Part shown: piece after piece, positions 18,643 through 28,600 of the stretch
How positions within the stretch are numbered: position 1 is the first letter of the stretch
How the letters are laid out: every line of letters starts with the position of its first letter
Assembly (NCBI GenBank): GCA_041671225.1
Contig: JBAZBY010000001.1
Coordinates: forward strand, 494,940-558,939
DNA length: 64,000 bases
Reading direction: 5' to 3'
From: Patescibacteria group bacterium
GTDB lineage: Bacteria; Patescibacteriota; Patescibacteriia; JBAZBY01
Translations under genes and position numbers: made by a program
Notes under the pieces: generated by a model
Told to the model about the DNA's origin: nothing
Seen by the model: only the letters and a program-made list of their open reading frames with translations
Database searches by the model: none

Positions 18643-21048
18643 ATGGATGAAAAGTACATGCCACGCGCTATTGAAACGAAGTGGCAGAAGATTTGGGAGG
18701 AGAAAAAGACATTTGCCGCTGATGATACGGAGAAGGATCATCTCTATATTTTAGATATGTTTCCGTATCCTTCCGCTGCCGGACTCCATGTGGGGCATCC
18801 AGAGGGGTACACCGCAAGTGATATCCTGACGCGATACTGGCGCATGCGCGGCAAAACAGTGCTGCATCCAATGGGTTGGGATGCGTTTGGTTTGCCAGCA
18901 GAAAATTACGCCATCAAAACAAAAACGCATCCACGAGAAATTACAAAACGCAATATTGATCACATGCGTCAGCAGATCAAGCAGCTTGGTTTTGCATATG
19001 ACTGGTCCCGTGAATTTGCCACAACAGACCCAGAATATTACAAATGGACACAGTGGATCTTTTTGAAGCTTTTTGAACGCGGTCTTGCGTATGAGGCGGA
19101 TGTGCCCATCAACTGGTGCCCCAAGGACAAGACCGGGCTTGCGAATGAAGAGGTGGTGGATGGCAAGTGCGAACGCTGCGGCACGCCGGTCACCAAGAAG
19201 AAGCTTCGCCAGTGGATGCTCAAGATTACCGCATATGCGGACCGACTCCTTGGGGGACTTGATGGTCTTGACTGGCCCGAGCCGATCAAACTCCTTCAGC
19301 GTAACTGGATTGGTCGAAGTGAAGGCGCGGAGATTCATTTTTCAATTGAGGGTCATACTGAAACGCTTGATATTTTTACGACGCGACCAGATACGCTTTT
19401 TGGGGCAACCTATATGGTGTTGGCTCCGGAACATCCACTGGTTGATGTGCTCACGACAGATGAACAGCGCGATGCTGTGTATGGCTATCGTCATGAAGCA
19501 GAGTCAAAATCTGATATAGAGCGCCAAGAAGTGAGCCGCGAGAAGACGGGTGTCTTTACGGGGACGTATGCCGTGAATCCGGTGAATAGCGAAAAAATTC
19601 CTATTTGGGTCGCAGATTATGTGCTTATGGGGTATGGCACTGGCGCGATTATGGCGGTACCTGCGCATGATCAACGCGATTTTACATTTGCATCCGCTCA
19701 TCAGCTCCCCATTCGTCAGGTCATTTCCCCTGACGGTATTGAACATGATTTACCGGAGGCATATACAGGTAAAGGCATACTCATTCATTCTGGGGAGTTT
19801 AATGGCCAGCAGACTCAGGACGCATCCGCTGCCATCATTCATTGGCTGACAAAACAGAAAGCAGGCGCGCCCAGCATTCACTATAAGCTTCGCGATTGGG
19901 TGTTCTCCCGCCAGCGGTATTGGGGAGAGCCCATTCCTATTATTTATTGTGAGCATTGCGGCGTTGTGCCAGTTCCAGCAGAAGACCTTCCCGTACTTCT
20001 TCCTGATGTGGAGTCCTACGAGCCAACAGGAACCGGCGAATCTCCGCTTGCGGGTATTGATGATTGGGTGAAGACGCAATGCCCCAAATGTGATGGCCCC
20101 GCAAAACGTGAAACAAACACCATGCCGCAGTGGGCAGGCTCTTCATGGTATTTTCTCCGTTATATTGATGCCAAGAATTCAAATGCGCTTGCAGACAAAA
20201 AGAAGTTGAAACATTGGTTGCCAGTGGATCTCTATATTGGTGGAGCTGAACATGCGGTATTACATCTGCTTTACGCACGTTTTTGGAACATGGTTCTGTA
20301 TGACGAAGGCATTGTTCCCGTTGAAGAACCATTTCAAAGACTGAAGAATCAGGGACTTATTATCGGCGAGGACAATCATAAGATGTCGAAGTCTCGCGGG
20401 AATGTGATTGATCCAGACAAGATCATTGATGCGTATGGCGCAGACACCATGCGCTTGTATGAAATGTTCATGGGGCCCTTTGAAGACGCAAAACCTTGGT
20501 CCACGCGCGGTATCGCTGGAGTGCATCGATTCTTGCATAAAGTGTGGCATGCGCAGGAAAAAGTGAAGAGCGTTGTGGGACAAGATGAAGAAACAGAACG
20601 ACTTGTGCACCAGGCAATACAAAAAGTTACCGCAGATATTGAGGGATTCCGGTTTAATACTGCAATTGCGCAATTGATGGCGCTCATGAATCATCTCACT
20701 GCACGTGAAGTTATTGCAAAGGATACATGGGATATTTTTGTGCGGCTTCTTGCGCCGTTTGCTCCGCACCTCAGCCACGAGCTCATGGAACGCGCTGGTA
20801 TGAAGGTAGATTTTATTGCAGAGTGGCCTGAGGCAGACAGCGCAAAAGCTGAGGAATCTCAGGTGACACTTGTCGTACAGGTGAATGGCAAGGTGCGCGC
20901 GAAGCTACAAATACAAAAAGGAAAGAAAGAAAAGGAGATCGTTGTCGCAGCAAAGAAGAACGAGAAGGTTGCAAAGTACCTTGCGGAGGGGGAAGTGGTA
21001 AAGGTCATTTTTGTACCTGAAAAGCTCGTGAACTTTGTGATGAAATGA
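18643..21048 (+). CDS. leuS: Leucyl-tRNA synthetase
   Basis: MFPYPS..GLHVGH, FTTRPDT editing domain, SRQRYWG, KMSKS, VQVNGK. Start taken at MDEKY. Confidence 0.98.
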   Translation: MDEKYMPRAIETKWQKIWEEKKTFAADDTEKDHLYILDMFPYPSAAGLHVGHPEGYTASDILTRYWRMRGKTVLHPMGWDAFGLPAENYAIKTKTHPREITKRNIDHMRQQIKQLGFAYDWSREFATTDPEYYKWTQWIFLKLFERGLAYEADVPINWCPKDKTGLANEEVVDGKCERCGTPVTKKKLRQWMLKITAYADRLLGGLDGLDWPEPIKLLQRNWIGRSEGAEIHFSIEGHTETLDIFTTRPDTLFGATYMVLAPEHPLVDVLTTDEQRDAVYGYRHEAESKSDIERQEVSREKTGVFTGTYAVNPVNSEKIPIWVADYVLMGYGTGAIMAVPAHDQRDFTFASAHQLPIRQVISPDGIEHDLPEAYTGKGILIHSGEFNGQQTQDASAAIIHWLTKQKAGAPSIHYKLRDWVFSRQRYWGEPIPIIYCEHCGVVPVPAEDLPVLLPDVESYEPTGTGESPLAGIDDWVKTQCPKCDGPAKRETNTMPQWAGSSWYFLRYIDAKNSNALADKKKLKHWLPVDLYIGGAEHAVLHLLYARFWNMVLYDEGIVPVEEPFQRLKNQGLIIGEDNHKMSKSRGNVIDPDKIIDAYGADTMRLYEMFMGPFEDAKPWSTRGIAGVHRFLHKVWHAQEKVKSVVGQDEETERLVHQAIQKVTADIEGFRFNTAIAQLMALMNHLTAREVIAKDTWDIFVRLLAPFAPHLSHELMERAGMKVDFIAEWPEADSAKAEESQVTLVVQVNGKVRAKLQIQKGKKEKEIVVAAKKNEKVAKYLAEGEVVKVIFVPEKLVNFVMK

Positions 21049-22214
21049 TTCATTTTCGACATCATCTCAATTTTGCATTAAATCGAGAGATCACGGAGAT
21101 ATATGTTGCGAGTGGACTCCGGCATTTTGGTATGGCAGCGGTTGGTCTCTTTGTCCCTATTTACCTTTATGAATACTTTGATAATGCGATTGCGCCGGTA
21201 CTGCTGACCTTTGCGCTTTTCAGCATTCTTGTAGCATTCCTGACGCCATTTGCCGCAAAACTTTCGACGCATATCGGCCTGAAGCATTCGATGCTCCTCT
21301 CAGTGCCGTTTCTCGTGCTGTATCTTTTTTCACTCATTCAGTTACCAGCGCACCCGCTTTTTCTCGCTGGGGTGATCTTGGGGTATGGCCTTGCCACGGC
21401 ACTTTATTGGACATCCTTTCACACGGATTTTGCACGTGCTTCTTGTATTGAGCGGCAAGGGAAGAATATCGGTGGTTTTCGTGCGGTTGTCATCCTTGCG
21501 GCGATCCTCGGACCTTTTTTTGGCGCACTCATCATCAGTCAGTTTGGCTTTACTGTATTATTCCTCATTGCAATCCTTGTTGAGGCGTTGGCATTGCTTC
21601 CGTTATTTTTTTCTCCGGATATTCATGAGCCGTATGATTTTCATTTTGGCCGTGAATTAAAAAGCGCTTTTGCGCACAAGCGCCTCCGCACCATATTCAC
21701 ATTTTTTGGCGAAGGAATAGATACTAAGCTTTCGCTTTATGTCTGGCCAATTTTTCTTTTCACTGCGCTTTCGGGGTATGTGGCAGTCGGAGGAATCGCA
21801 ACAGGGTCGCTCTTGGTTGCGCTTATCCTGGGGCTTTTCATTGGACGGTTCGTTGATTCGCGTGGCAGGGTAGGGCCATTTCGTCTTGCGGTTATTGTGA
21901 ATGCACTTGCGTGGATCGGACGCGCATTTGCCGTGGGTGAATTTTTTATTTTTATGGCCGATAGTTTTTACAAAATCGCAACAAATGTGCTCCAGGTTCC
22001 CTATATGGCTTTGGTCTATAATCATGCGGAGGAGAAAGGCACAAGTCTCGAACACTATATTGTGATACGGGAGATTGTATTGAACATTGGCGGAGCAACC
22101 GCACTCTTGCTTGGCGTGTTCTACTTCCAGCACTTTGCAAGCATTCAGGCGTTTATGTTGTTTGGATCTCCGGCCGTTCTTATGATGTTGGTATACAGCC
22201 ATGGAAAGAGGTAA
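21045..22214 (+). CDS. MFS-type membrane transporter
   Basis: About 12 hydrophobic segments; G...D..GR motif. Confidence 0.75.
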   Translation: MIHFRHHLNFALNREITEIYVASGLRHFGMAAVGLFVPIYLYEYFDNAIAPVLLTFALFSILVAFLTPFAAKLSTHIGLKHSMLLSVPFLVLYLFSLIQLPAHPLFLAGVILGYGLATALYWTSFHTDFARASCIERQGKNIGGFRAVVILAAILGPFFGALIISQFGFTVLFLIAILVEALALLPLFFSPDIHEPYDFHFGRELKSAFAHKRLRTIFTFFGEGIDTKLSLYVWPIFLFTALSGYVAVGGIATGSLLVALILGLFIGRFVDSRGRVGPFRLAVIVNALAWIGRAFAVGEFFIFMADSFYKIATNVLQVPYMALVYNHAEEKGTSLEHYIVIREIVLNIGGATALLLGVFYFQHFASIQAFMLFGSPAVLMMLVYSHGKR

Positions 22215-22800
22215 TGATATTGAGAAAGCAGTAACAGCGCTTACGCAGGGTGCTTTGGTGATCGTTCCAACTGAAACATCATATGGCATTGCCGCTGATG
22301 CGTTGGATGCTCAGGCATTAAAGCTTCTTTTTGCCGTGAAACGGCGCAAACCAAATGAAGCAGTGGGAATATTTCTTCCGGATATGCAAACAGTGCAAGA
22401 ACATTTTTCTCTTGCTCCGGAAGAAAACGCACTGGCACGGCAGTACTGGCCAGGTCCAGTGAATATCGTGCTCACGCCACGGGCAGGGAGCCCTCTTGTC
22501 GCGCTGCGATCCATTCTCGCTCCCGGAAAGACGAGGCTGAGTATTCGTATTTCTTCGCATCCTGTCATCGCGGCTGCTTGCCAGGCGCTGCAATCGCCGA
22601 TCACCTCAACATCCGCAAATCATTCCGGTGATGGAGATGTGTATGACCCCGCGCTTTTTGCGGATATCTTTACTTCAGATGAGATAGCATATCTTTTTGA
22701 TGGAGGTGTACTTCCTCAAGAAAAACCCTCAACCGTGGTAGAATGGAATGGCACGACATGCATTGTGCACCGCCAAGGCGCTATTCATATTGCAATATGA
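22201..22800 (+). CDS. tsaC: Threonylcarbamoyl-AMP synthase (Sua5/YrdC/TsaC)
   Basis: PTETSYGIAAD, K.R, WPGP, STSANHSG, PSTVV. Confidence 0.9.
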   Translation: MERGNDIEKAVTALTQGALVIVPTETSYGIAADALDAQALKLLFAVKRRKPNEAVGIFLPDMQTVQEHFSLAPEENALARQYWPGPVNIVLTPRAGSPLVALRSILAPGKTRLSIRISSHPVIAAACQALQSPITSTSANHSGDGDVYDPALFADIFTSDEIAYLFDGGVLPQEKPSTVVEWNGTTCIVHRQGAIHIAI

Positions 22801-23969
22801 TATTTCAACACCTCCATATTCATCCCCATTATTTTTCCCGAGCGATTTCCAAAGACATGAAGGAGCTTTTTTTCTCCGTTGGCATTCTTGGTTTTGCCGT
22901 TTCGACCGTTGCGCTTTTTGAACCGTTGTATCTTTATACGCGCGGTTTTTCTGTATCAGAGATCCTTCTTTATTTTGCCGTACTCTATGCGGTGTATTTT
23001 CTCGTTGTTCCGTTTGGTGGGAAGATCGTTGCGCATATTGGTATTCGAAGAGGAATTCTCATTGCATCCTTCATGCTCATTGGGTATTACATTTCGCTTT
23101 TTGCGATGGAAGCAAGTGTGTGGTTTGCGCTACCTGCAATTCTTTTTGGCGCACTGCAAAAGACCTTTTATTGGCCGTCGTTCCATAAGGATTTTATCGA
23201 GACATCAGATGCGGTTAACCGCGGCAGGGAGGTGAGCGTTATTAGCAGCGTTTTACTCTCCGTGAGCGTTGTTGGTCCAATATTCGGGGGTATTATGCTT
23301 ACATACACATCATTCCCTGTACTCTTCAGCATTGCCATTGTTTTGATTTTTCTTTCAAATATCCCTTTATTTTCAACGAAAACAACGTTACCCAAGGAAC
23401 ATTTTTCAATTGTGCAGTCATGGAAGATGCTCATTGAGCCTGCACATCGAAGGGTCATGATTGCATATATCGGGTTTGGTGAAGAAATTGTGCAGTTTAC
23501 CGTTTGGCCCCTTTTTCTTTTTCTCGTGGTGGATAGCACAACGGATGTGGGTTTGTTTTTGGGAGCTGGCACGCTTGCCAGCGCGCTTTTTCTTTTGCTA
23601 ACAGGCAAATATATTGATAGAAGAAAAGACTACAAACATTCTTTTCTGCAGCTTGCCTCAGGAGTCCTTTCGTTATCCTGGCTCGTGAGAATATTCGTCT
23701 TTTTGCCTTTGCCGGCATTCACATCGAATCTCTTAGGAGGAGTGGTGAAAGATTTTTCATTTGTTCAGCTCTCAACGCTTACGTATGAACGGGCGCGCAA
23801 AGAACATCCGTTAGCATATGGGGTGTTCATTGAACAGAGTCTTGCGCTTGGGAAGGCGCTCATTGGGGTAGCCCTCGCAGCACTTTTTGTGTTTATGGGA
23901 TTCTTTGGCGTTTGGCTTGTTGCGGCAGCATTTGCTCTCCTTTATGGTATCTACCCAAGATCCCGCTGA
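22797..23969 (+). CDS. MFS-type membrane transporter (paralogue of 21045-22214)
   Basis: Shared F.P(I/L)YLY, YW.SFH.DF, GP.FG and VWP(I/L)FLF motifs. Confidence 0.75.
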   Translation: MIFQHLHIHPHYFSRAISKDMKELFFSVGILGFAVSTVALFEPLYLYTRGFSVSEILLYFAVLYAVYFLVVPFGGKIVAHIGIRRGILIASFMLIGYYISLFAMEASVWFALPAILFGALQKTFYWPSFHKDFIETSDAVNRGREVSVISSVLLSVSVVGPIFGGIMLTYTSFPVLFSIAIVLIFLSNIPLFSTKTTLPKEHFSIVQSWKMLIEPAHRRVMIAYIGFGEEIVQFTVWPLFLFLVVDSTTDVGLFLGAGTLASALFLLLTGKYIDRRKDYKHSFLQLASGVLSLSWLVRIFVFLPLPAFTSNLLGGVVKDFSFVQLSTLTYERARKEHPLAYGVFIEQSLALGKALIGVALAALFVFMGFFGVWLVAAAFALLYGIYPRSR

Positions 23970-24807
23970 TCCTAGCGTTCTGAAGTGCCTCATTAAGGAG
24001 GTGGGCATTACCCCCAGTCGTCTTCGCGGGCAGAATTTTCTTATTGATGCGAGCATCGCAGATATGCTTGTTGACGCTGCGCCATTGCAGCAGACAGACA
24101 CCGTTTTGGAGATTGGCTCAGGATTTGGAGTGATCACAAGGCGCCTGCGAGAGCGAGTAGGGAAGATCATTGCCGTTGAGGCGGACAAAAAGCTCGCGTT
24201 ACCACTCGCAGAGCACTATAAGGAAGATCCAGGCGTTGAGGTCATTCCTGAGGACATTTTAACGTTTTTGCGCTGGGGACATTTTGAGGATTTTGGATAT
24301 CACCTTGTTTCCAGCCTTCCCTATTCCATCACCGCACGTGTTTTCAGGCTTTTTTTGAGCGAAGTACCACGTCCACTCTCCATAACAGTACTTATACAGC
24401 AGGAAGTCGCAGAGCGTGTTACTGCCCCAGCAGGAAAACTTTCACAACTTGGATTACTTGCACAGCTCTATGCACGCCCAGAGATCGTCCAAGCCAAGAT
24501 TTCTCCACAATCATTTTTTCCTCTTCCTGCTGTTTTCTCAGCAATTGTTCGCTTTTCTGACATTCAAGGCGCAGCACGGCAACGTGCCTCCTGGAAGTGT
24601 TCTGAAGCCACCTTGTGGAAGATTGTGCGTGCAGGATTCCAAAATAGGCGCAAAATGCTCAAAAATACACTCGCAAACCTTCCTGAAATTGAGGGTGAAG
24701 CAGTACAGAATTGGCTTGAAAAGCAGGGATACCCGCATTCTGCGCGTGCTCAGGACATACGACCGGCTGATTGGCCCCTCTTGGCGCAGTATTTCTTTGA
24801 CGAATAG
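23944..24807 (+). CDS. rsmA: 16S rRNA m6,2A dimethyltransferase
   Basis: GQNFL, VLEIGSG.G..T, LPYSIT, Q.EVAER, F.P.P.V.S, RRKMLKN. Confidence 0.93.
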   Translation: MVSTQDPADPSVLKCLIKEVGITPSRLRGQNFLIDASIADMLVDAAPLQQTDTVLEIGSGFGVITRRLRERVGKIIAVEADKKLALPLAEHYKEDPGVEVIPEDILTFLRWGHFEDFGYHLVSSLPYSITARVFRLFLSEVPRPLSITVLIQQEVAERVTAPAGKLSQLGLLAQLYARPEIVQAKISPQSFFPLPAVFSAIVRFSDIQGAARQRASWKCSEATLWKIVRAGFQNRRKMLKNTLANLPEIEGEAVQNWLEKQGYPHSARAQDIRPADWPLLAQYFFDE

Positions 24808-24825
24808 GGCTGTTCGTGATATAAT
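24797..24825 (+). promoter_or_regulatory. Sigma70 promoter at the head of the giant-protein/T4SS-like locus
   Basis: TTGACG-17-TATAAT with TGn extended -10. Confidence 0.75.
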
Positions 24826-24846
24826 AGCCCTACATTTTTAATACCT

Positions 24847-25662
24847 ATGGATGATTTTAGGGCAGGTCCCGGCAGTCCTCAAATGGAGCCTTTTGGGCAT
24901 CGACGAAATTCGTTCTTTTCCCAGAAAAACGTTCTTATTATCATCTCATGCATCGTCGCGGTTGGTCTTATTGTTGGCTTTATGCAGATACGGGGAGGAA
25001 TTCTTTCTGCATTCAATCAAAATACGCTCAATCAAAATTCTGAAACCCAAGATGAATATACTGAACGACTTCTTGCGCTTGCAGAAAAAGACACTGATCA
25101 AGACGGAATAAGTGATTTTAAAGAGCTCTACCAACTAGGAACGAGCCCGTATCTTTTTGATTCAGATTCTGATGGCCTGAGCGACCTTAGTGAAATTGAA
25201 AATAACACAAATCCAAATTGTCCAGAGGGACAGGACTGCACAGGATTTATTTCTCCTGAGGAATTAGCTTCCACAACGACGGCCGAAGCAAACACAAACT
25301 CTGCTAGCGCGGAAACAAATTTAACAGCAGAAGCAATACGGGAAACACTGCGAAGTTCAGGTTCACCTGAGTATCTGCTTGATGCAACAAGCGATGAAGA
25401 GCTCCTCTCAATATACACAGAAGTTACTGGCGGAGAAGCGGCCACAACAAGTGATGGAGCAGATACCTTAGCAACACTGCAGGCATTCACGCCTGACGAT
25501 ATCCGTGACTTTCTTGTTTCGACCGGTGCTGATGCTTCAGTTCTCTCAGAAGTAAGTGATGCGGATCTTAATGAAATATTTAGGCAGGCATTAGAAGAAG
25601 AGGCAGGCCTCTTCGCGGATACTGCTGACAGCGCAGTGACGAATACAAATTCATCACCATAA
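24847..25662 (+). CDS. TM-anchored protein with bacterial TSP3-like Ca-binding repeats and a duplicated helical C-terminal repeat
   Basis: DTDQDGISD..E and DSDSDGLSD..E; LTAEAIRETL..SDEEL / FTPDDIRDFL..SDADL. Confidence 0.7.
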   Translation: MDDFRAGPGSPQMEPFGHRRNSFFSQKNVLIIISCIVAVGLIVGFMQIRGGILSAFNQNTLNQNSETQDEYTERLLALAEKDTDQDGISDFKELYQLGTSPYLFDSDSDGLSDLSEIENNTNPNCPEGQDCTGFISPEELASTTTAEANTNSASAETNLTAEAIRETLRSSGSPEYLLDATSDEELLSIYTEVTGGEAATTSDGADTLATLQAFTPDDIRDFLVSTGADASVLSEVSDADLNEIFRQALEEEAGLFADTADSAVTNTNSSP

Positions 25663-25669
25663 ACGTTCC

Positions 25670-28600
25670 ATGAACGAACGGGGGCAAAATCAAGAATCAA
25701 AACCGCGCCGCGGTTTTAGTATTCGCATGGCTATTGCGGCATTTGTGTTGGTGGCCATTCTTATTGGCGGAGTAGTGTTCCTTTTTCCTCGTCCTGTGCA
25801 GGCATTTCCTGGTGAGGCGCTTGCCGCTGCCGCATGGAAGGAAATTCGCGATTCTTTGCGTTATCTTGGCCAGAATCTTAATACCATTCGCAAAGATGCA
25901 CTGAAGGTAACCTACGATATTACGTACAAGAATACGTTGCGGCTGTATCTTTCTCGCATTGCGGAAGATACAGCGGTGTGGGTTGCATCCGCAGGCACCG
26001 GCCAAGAGCCGCTTTTTATCACTGACCCAAAATATTTTCAAAAATTGAATGATGCCGCCGTTGGTGATTTTGTTGCGCGCATTTCAACGCAGACGTTTGG
26101 TACGGATCTTTCGCCACTCATTGGGACGCAGGTGTTTAAGGATCCTAAATCCCTTGCATTGGTTCGCCGCGTTGTCACAACCCTCACTTCTCCAGATAAA
26201 AAGACACAGTCATGTAATGATTTTTGTATTCCAACAGCGGAGGGAAGTGAACAAAAACTCCAAGCGGTTCGTAAGTGGCAGAGTGAAGGGCTTGAACATT
26301 TAGTTCCTGATGATCCCAAAGATTTAGGCCCAGTGGTTAATTGTCCTGTATCGATCGATGATGATGACAAGTATACCCTCTATTGGAAGGATGGCGAGAT
26401 CGACTCAAGAAGTATCATGGAGTGGCCAAAAATTGAAGCACGGGTGTGTCATGGATTGCTCTCAAGTTACATTGGACAATTAAAAACAGAAGCACAGGCA
26501 ACCTTTCAGGCATGTCTCAATGAATGTAAGGCTTTTTCTGGTCAACGTGGAAAATCAGCGGCAGAAACGTGGACGAATCTCAAAGCTGTGGATCTTGGAG
26601 CTGCTGTTGAGTCATATTATTCTCTTGAAAATAATCATTTCGGCGTCGCGCTCTCACTCTATAATGAGGCGGCAAAGGCAGGCCGTGAAGAAGAAAAGGC
26701 TCTACGCGATATCACTCCAGAAGGAGGCCTGAAGCCATTAGTATCGCCAGTTAGTGGCGCGGTGCTCACCCCGAGCGTTCTTACTGAGGAGCGGGCAACA
26801 CAAGCAGTGCAAGAATCCACTTCCGCGGAAAAAATTCAGACAGGATCGCCGTGGGCTGATGCGCTTGGCGTGTTTTCAAACACATTGGTGCAGAAGCTCA
26901 CCGAACGCTTTTTTGCGGGCAAGTGCGGACTCAACCCCAAGGAATGCGCAGGGCCATCAGGAAGTCCGGGTACGTCTGATTTAGGTTCATTGCTTTTTAG
27001 TGGTCAGCGTCTTACAAGCATTGCTGCTGCGCGGTTGCAGTTCGCCTCTTTGGCGCAGATCAGCTATTCAGTAGGAAGTCCTTCAAGCGATACCTATTCT
27101 AGCGTTGATGAACTTACGGCGAGCGGCGTTCTTGATGCTGGGTTTGCTCAGGCAATTGAGCAACGCTTCACTGTTCAGGAGGCCATTAATAATGGTTTGC
27201 TACAGGGTGAGCGTACGTTTGGTTTTGATGCACAACGCAATGACCCCGGGAGTAATGGATATGGGTATCGGGCAATGGTGTATCTCCGACGCGCGCGCAT
27301 TATTCCTGTGGGTTGGGAACTTGCGGCACAGTATATTCGTGAGTATGAGAACAGCGGAAATGTTTTGAGTCTACAACGCGTGGTGGATGCGTTCTTTGAT
27401 TGTGGCATAGACGGTACTGATGCCTCACCTTACTGCGGTCTTGTTGATCCCAACTGGGTTCTCAAAGCACCGGAACAATTCTGTAAACGCGCGGGCGCTG
27501 GAGACGAAATTATTTCACGTGATTTCGTTTGCGACGAAGATACGAATGCGGACGGACGCATCAATTGTTCCGCCGACCCTGTTTTTGGCGGAGACCTTGG
27601 ACGCTGGGTATTGCAACGTGACCAAAATCAATGCGTGGATGTGCAGGATTGTATTCTTGAAAATGATGATGGTACCTGTATCGCCTTTGGGTATTGCTTT
27701 GAAGAAAAGCCAATATGGCGTTTTGATGGGGAGGCATGTCCTTCGTATTACACATCATGTCAAAGTTACGAGAATACCGCCGGAAACATTTCCGCGTACC
27801 TTGCAGACACCGTCAATATAGATTCATGTACTGCTGAGAATGCGGGATGTCAGGGGTACTGTGCAGAATCGAGCTATTGGGGATCGCGTGATCAATGGAC
27901 ATGTACCGCAGACAGCGGGAAGATTGTCTATGCTGATGATGATATTCAATCCTGTAATGAACAAGAGTCTGGTTGCAATGAATATATTCGGACAACCAAT
28001 GGTACGAATCTCGTTCCGAACGGGAGTTTTGAAATATATACCGGTACTATTGATGACACGACTGATGATAGCTTTGCAGGATGGAGTGGTGCTGCTCTTG
28101 CGGTATCGAGCACCAATACTTCATTTGGCGCGGATAATGTTGTTGTTGCAGAAATTGCTGCAAGCGGGAGTTTGCAAGCACGAATTCAAACCGGCACGCC
28201 AATGGCAGGCCGTTCGTTTACCGTTGGTTTAAACACAAAAGGCGCAACAGGCACGTGCAGTGGTACGCTGCAGGTGTCATCAGGTTTGTATAGCCCGCCC
28301 GTCGTTCCTGTTTCGTTTGGCTCATTCTGGCAGCAGAATGCCAGTACTTTTTCCGTACCAAACAACGCATCAGCAGATACGTATGTTGATATAGAAATTA
28401 TCCCTACCGGTTGCGCCGGTCAGATTGATGTCGCTTATCTCACGCTTGGCGATGCCTTCTATAATTATACAGACTACGGTACAACGAATCGCATCTATCT
28501 CAATGCCTATGGTGATAATCTTTTGGCAAACAGTGATTTTTCCTATGACGCGGGAAAAGATTTTGATCCAGACTGGGTAGGCGATAACACCACTGAGAAT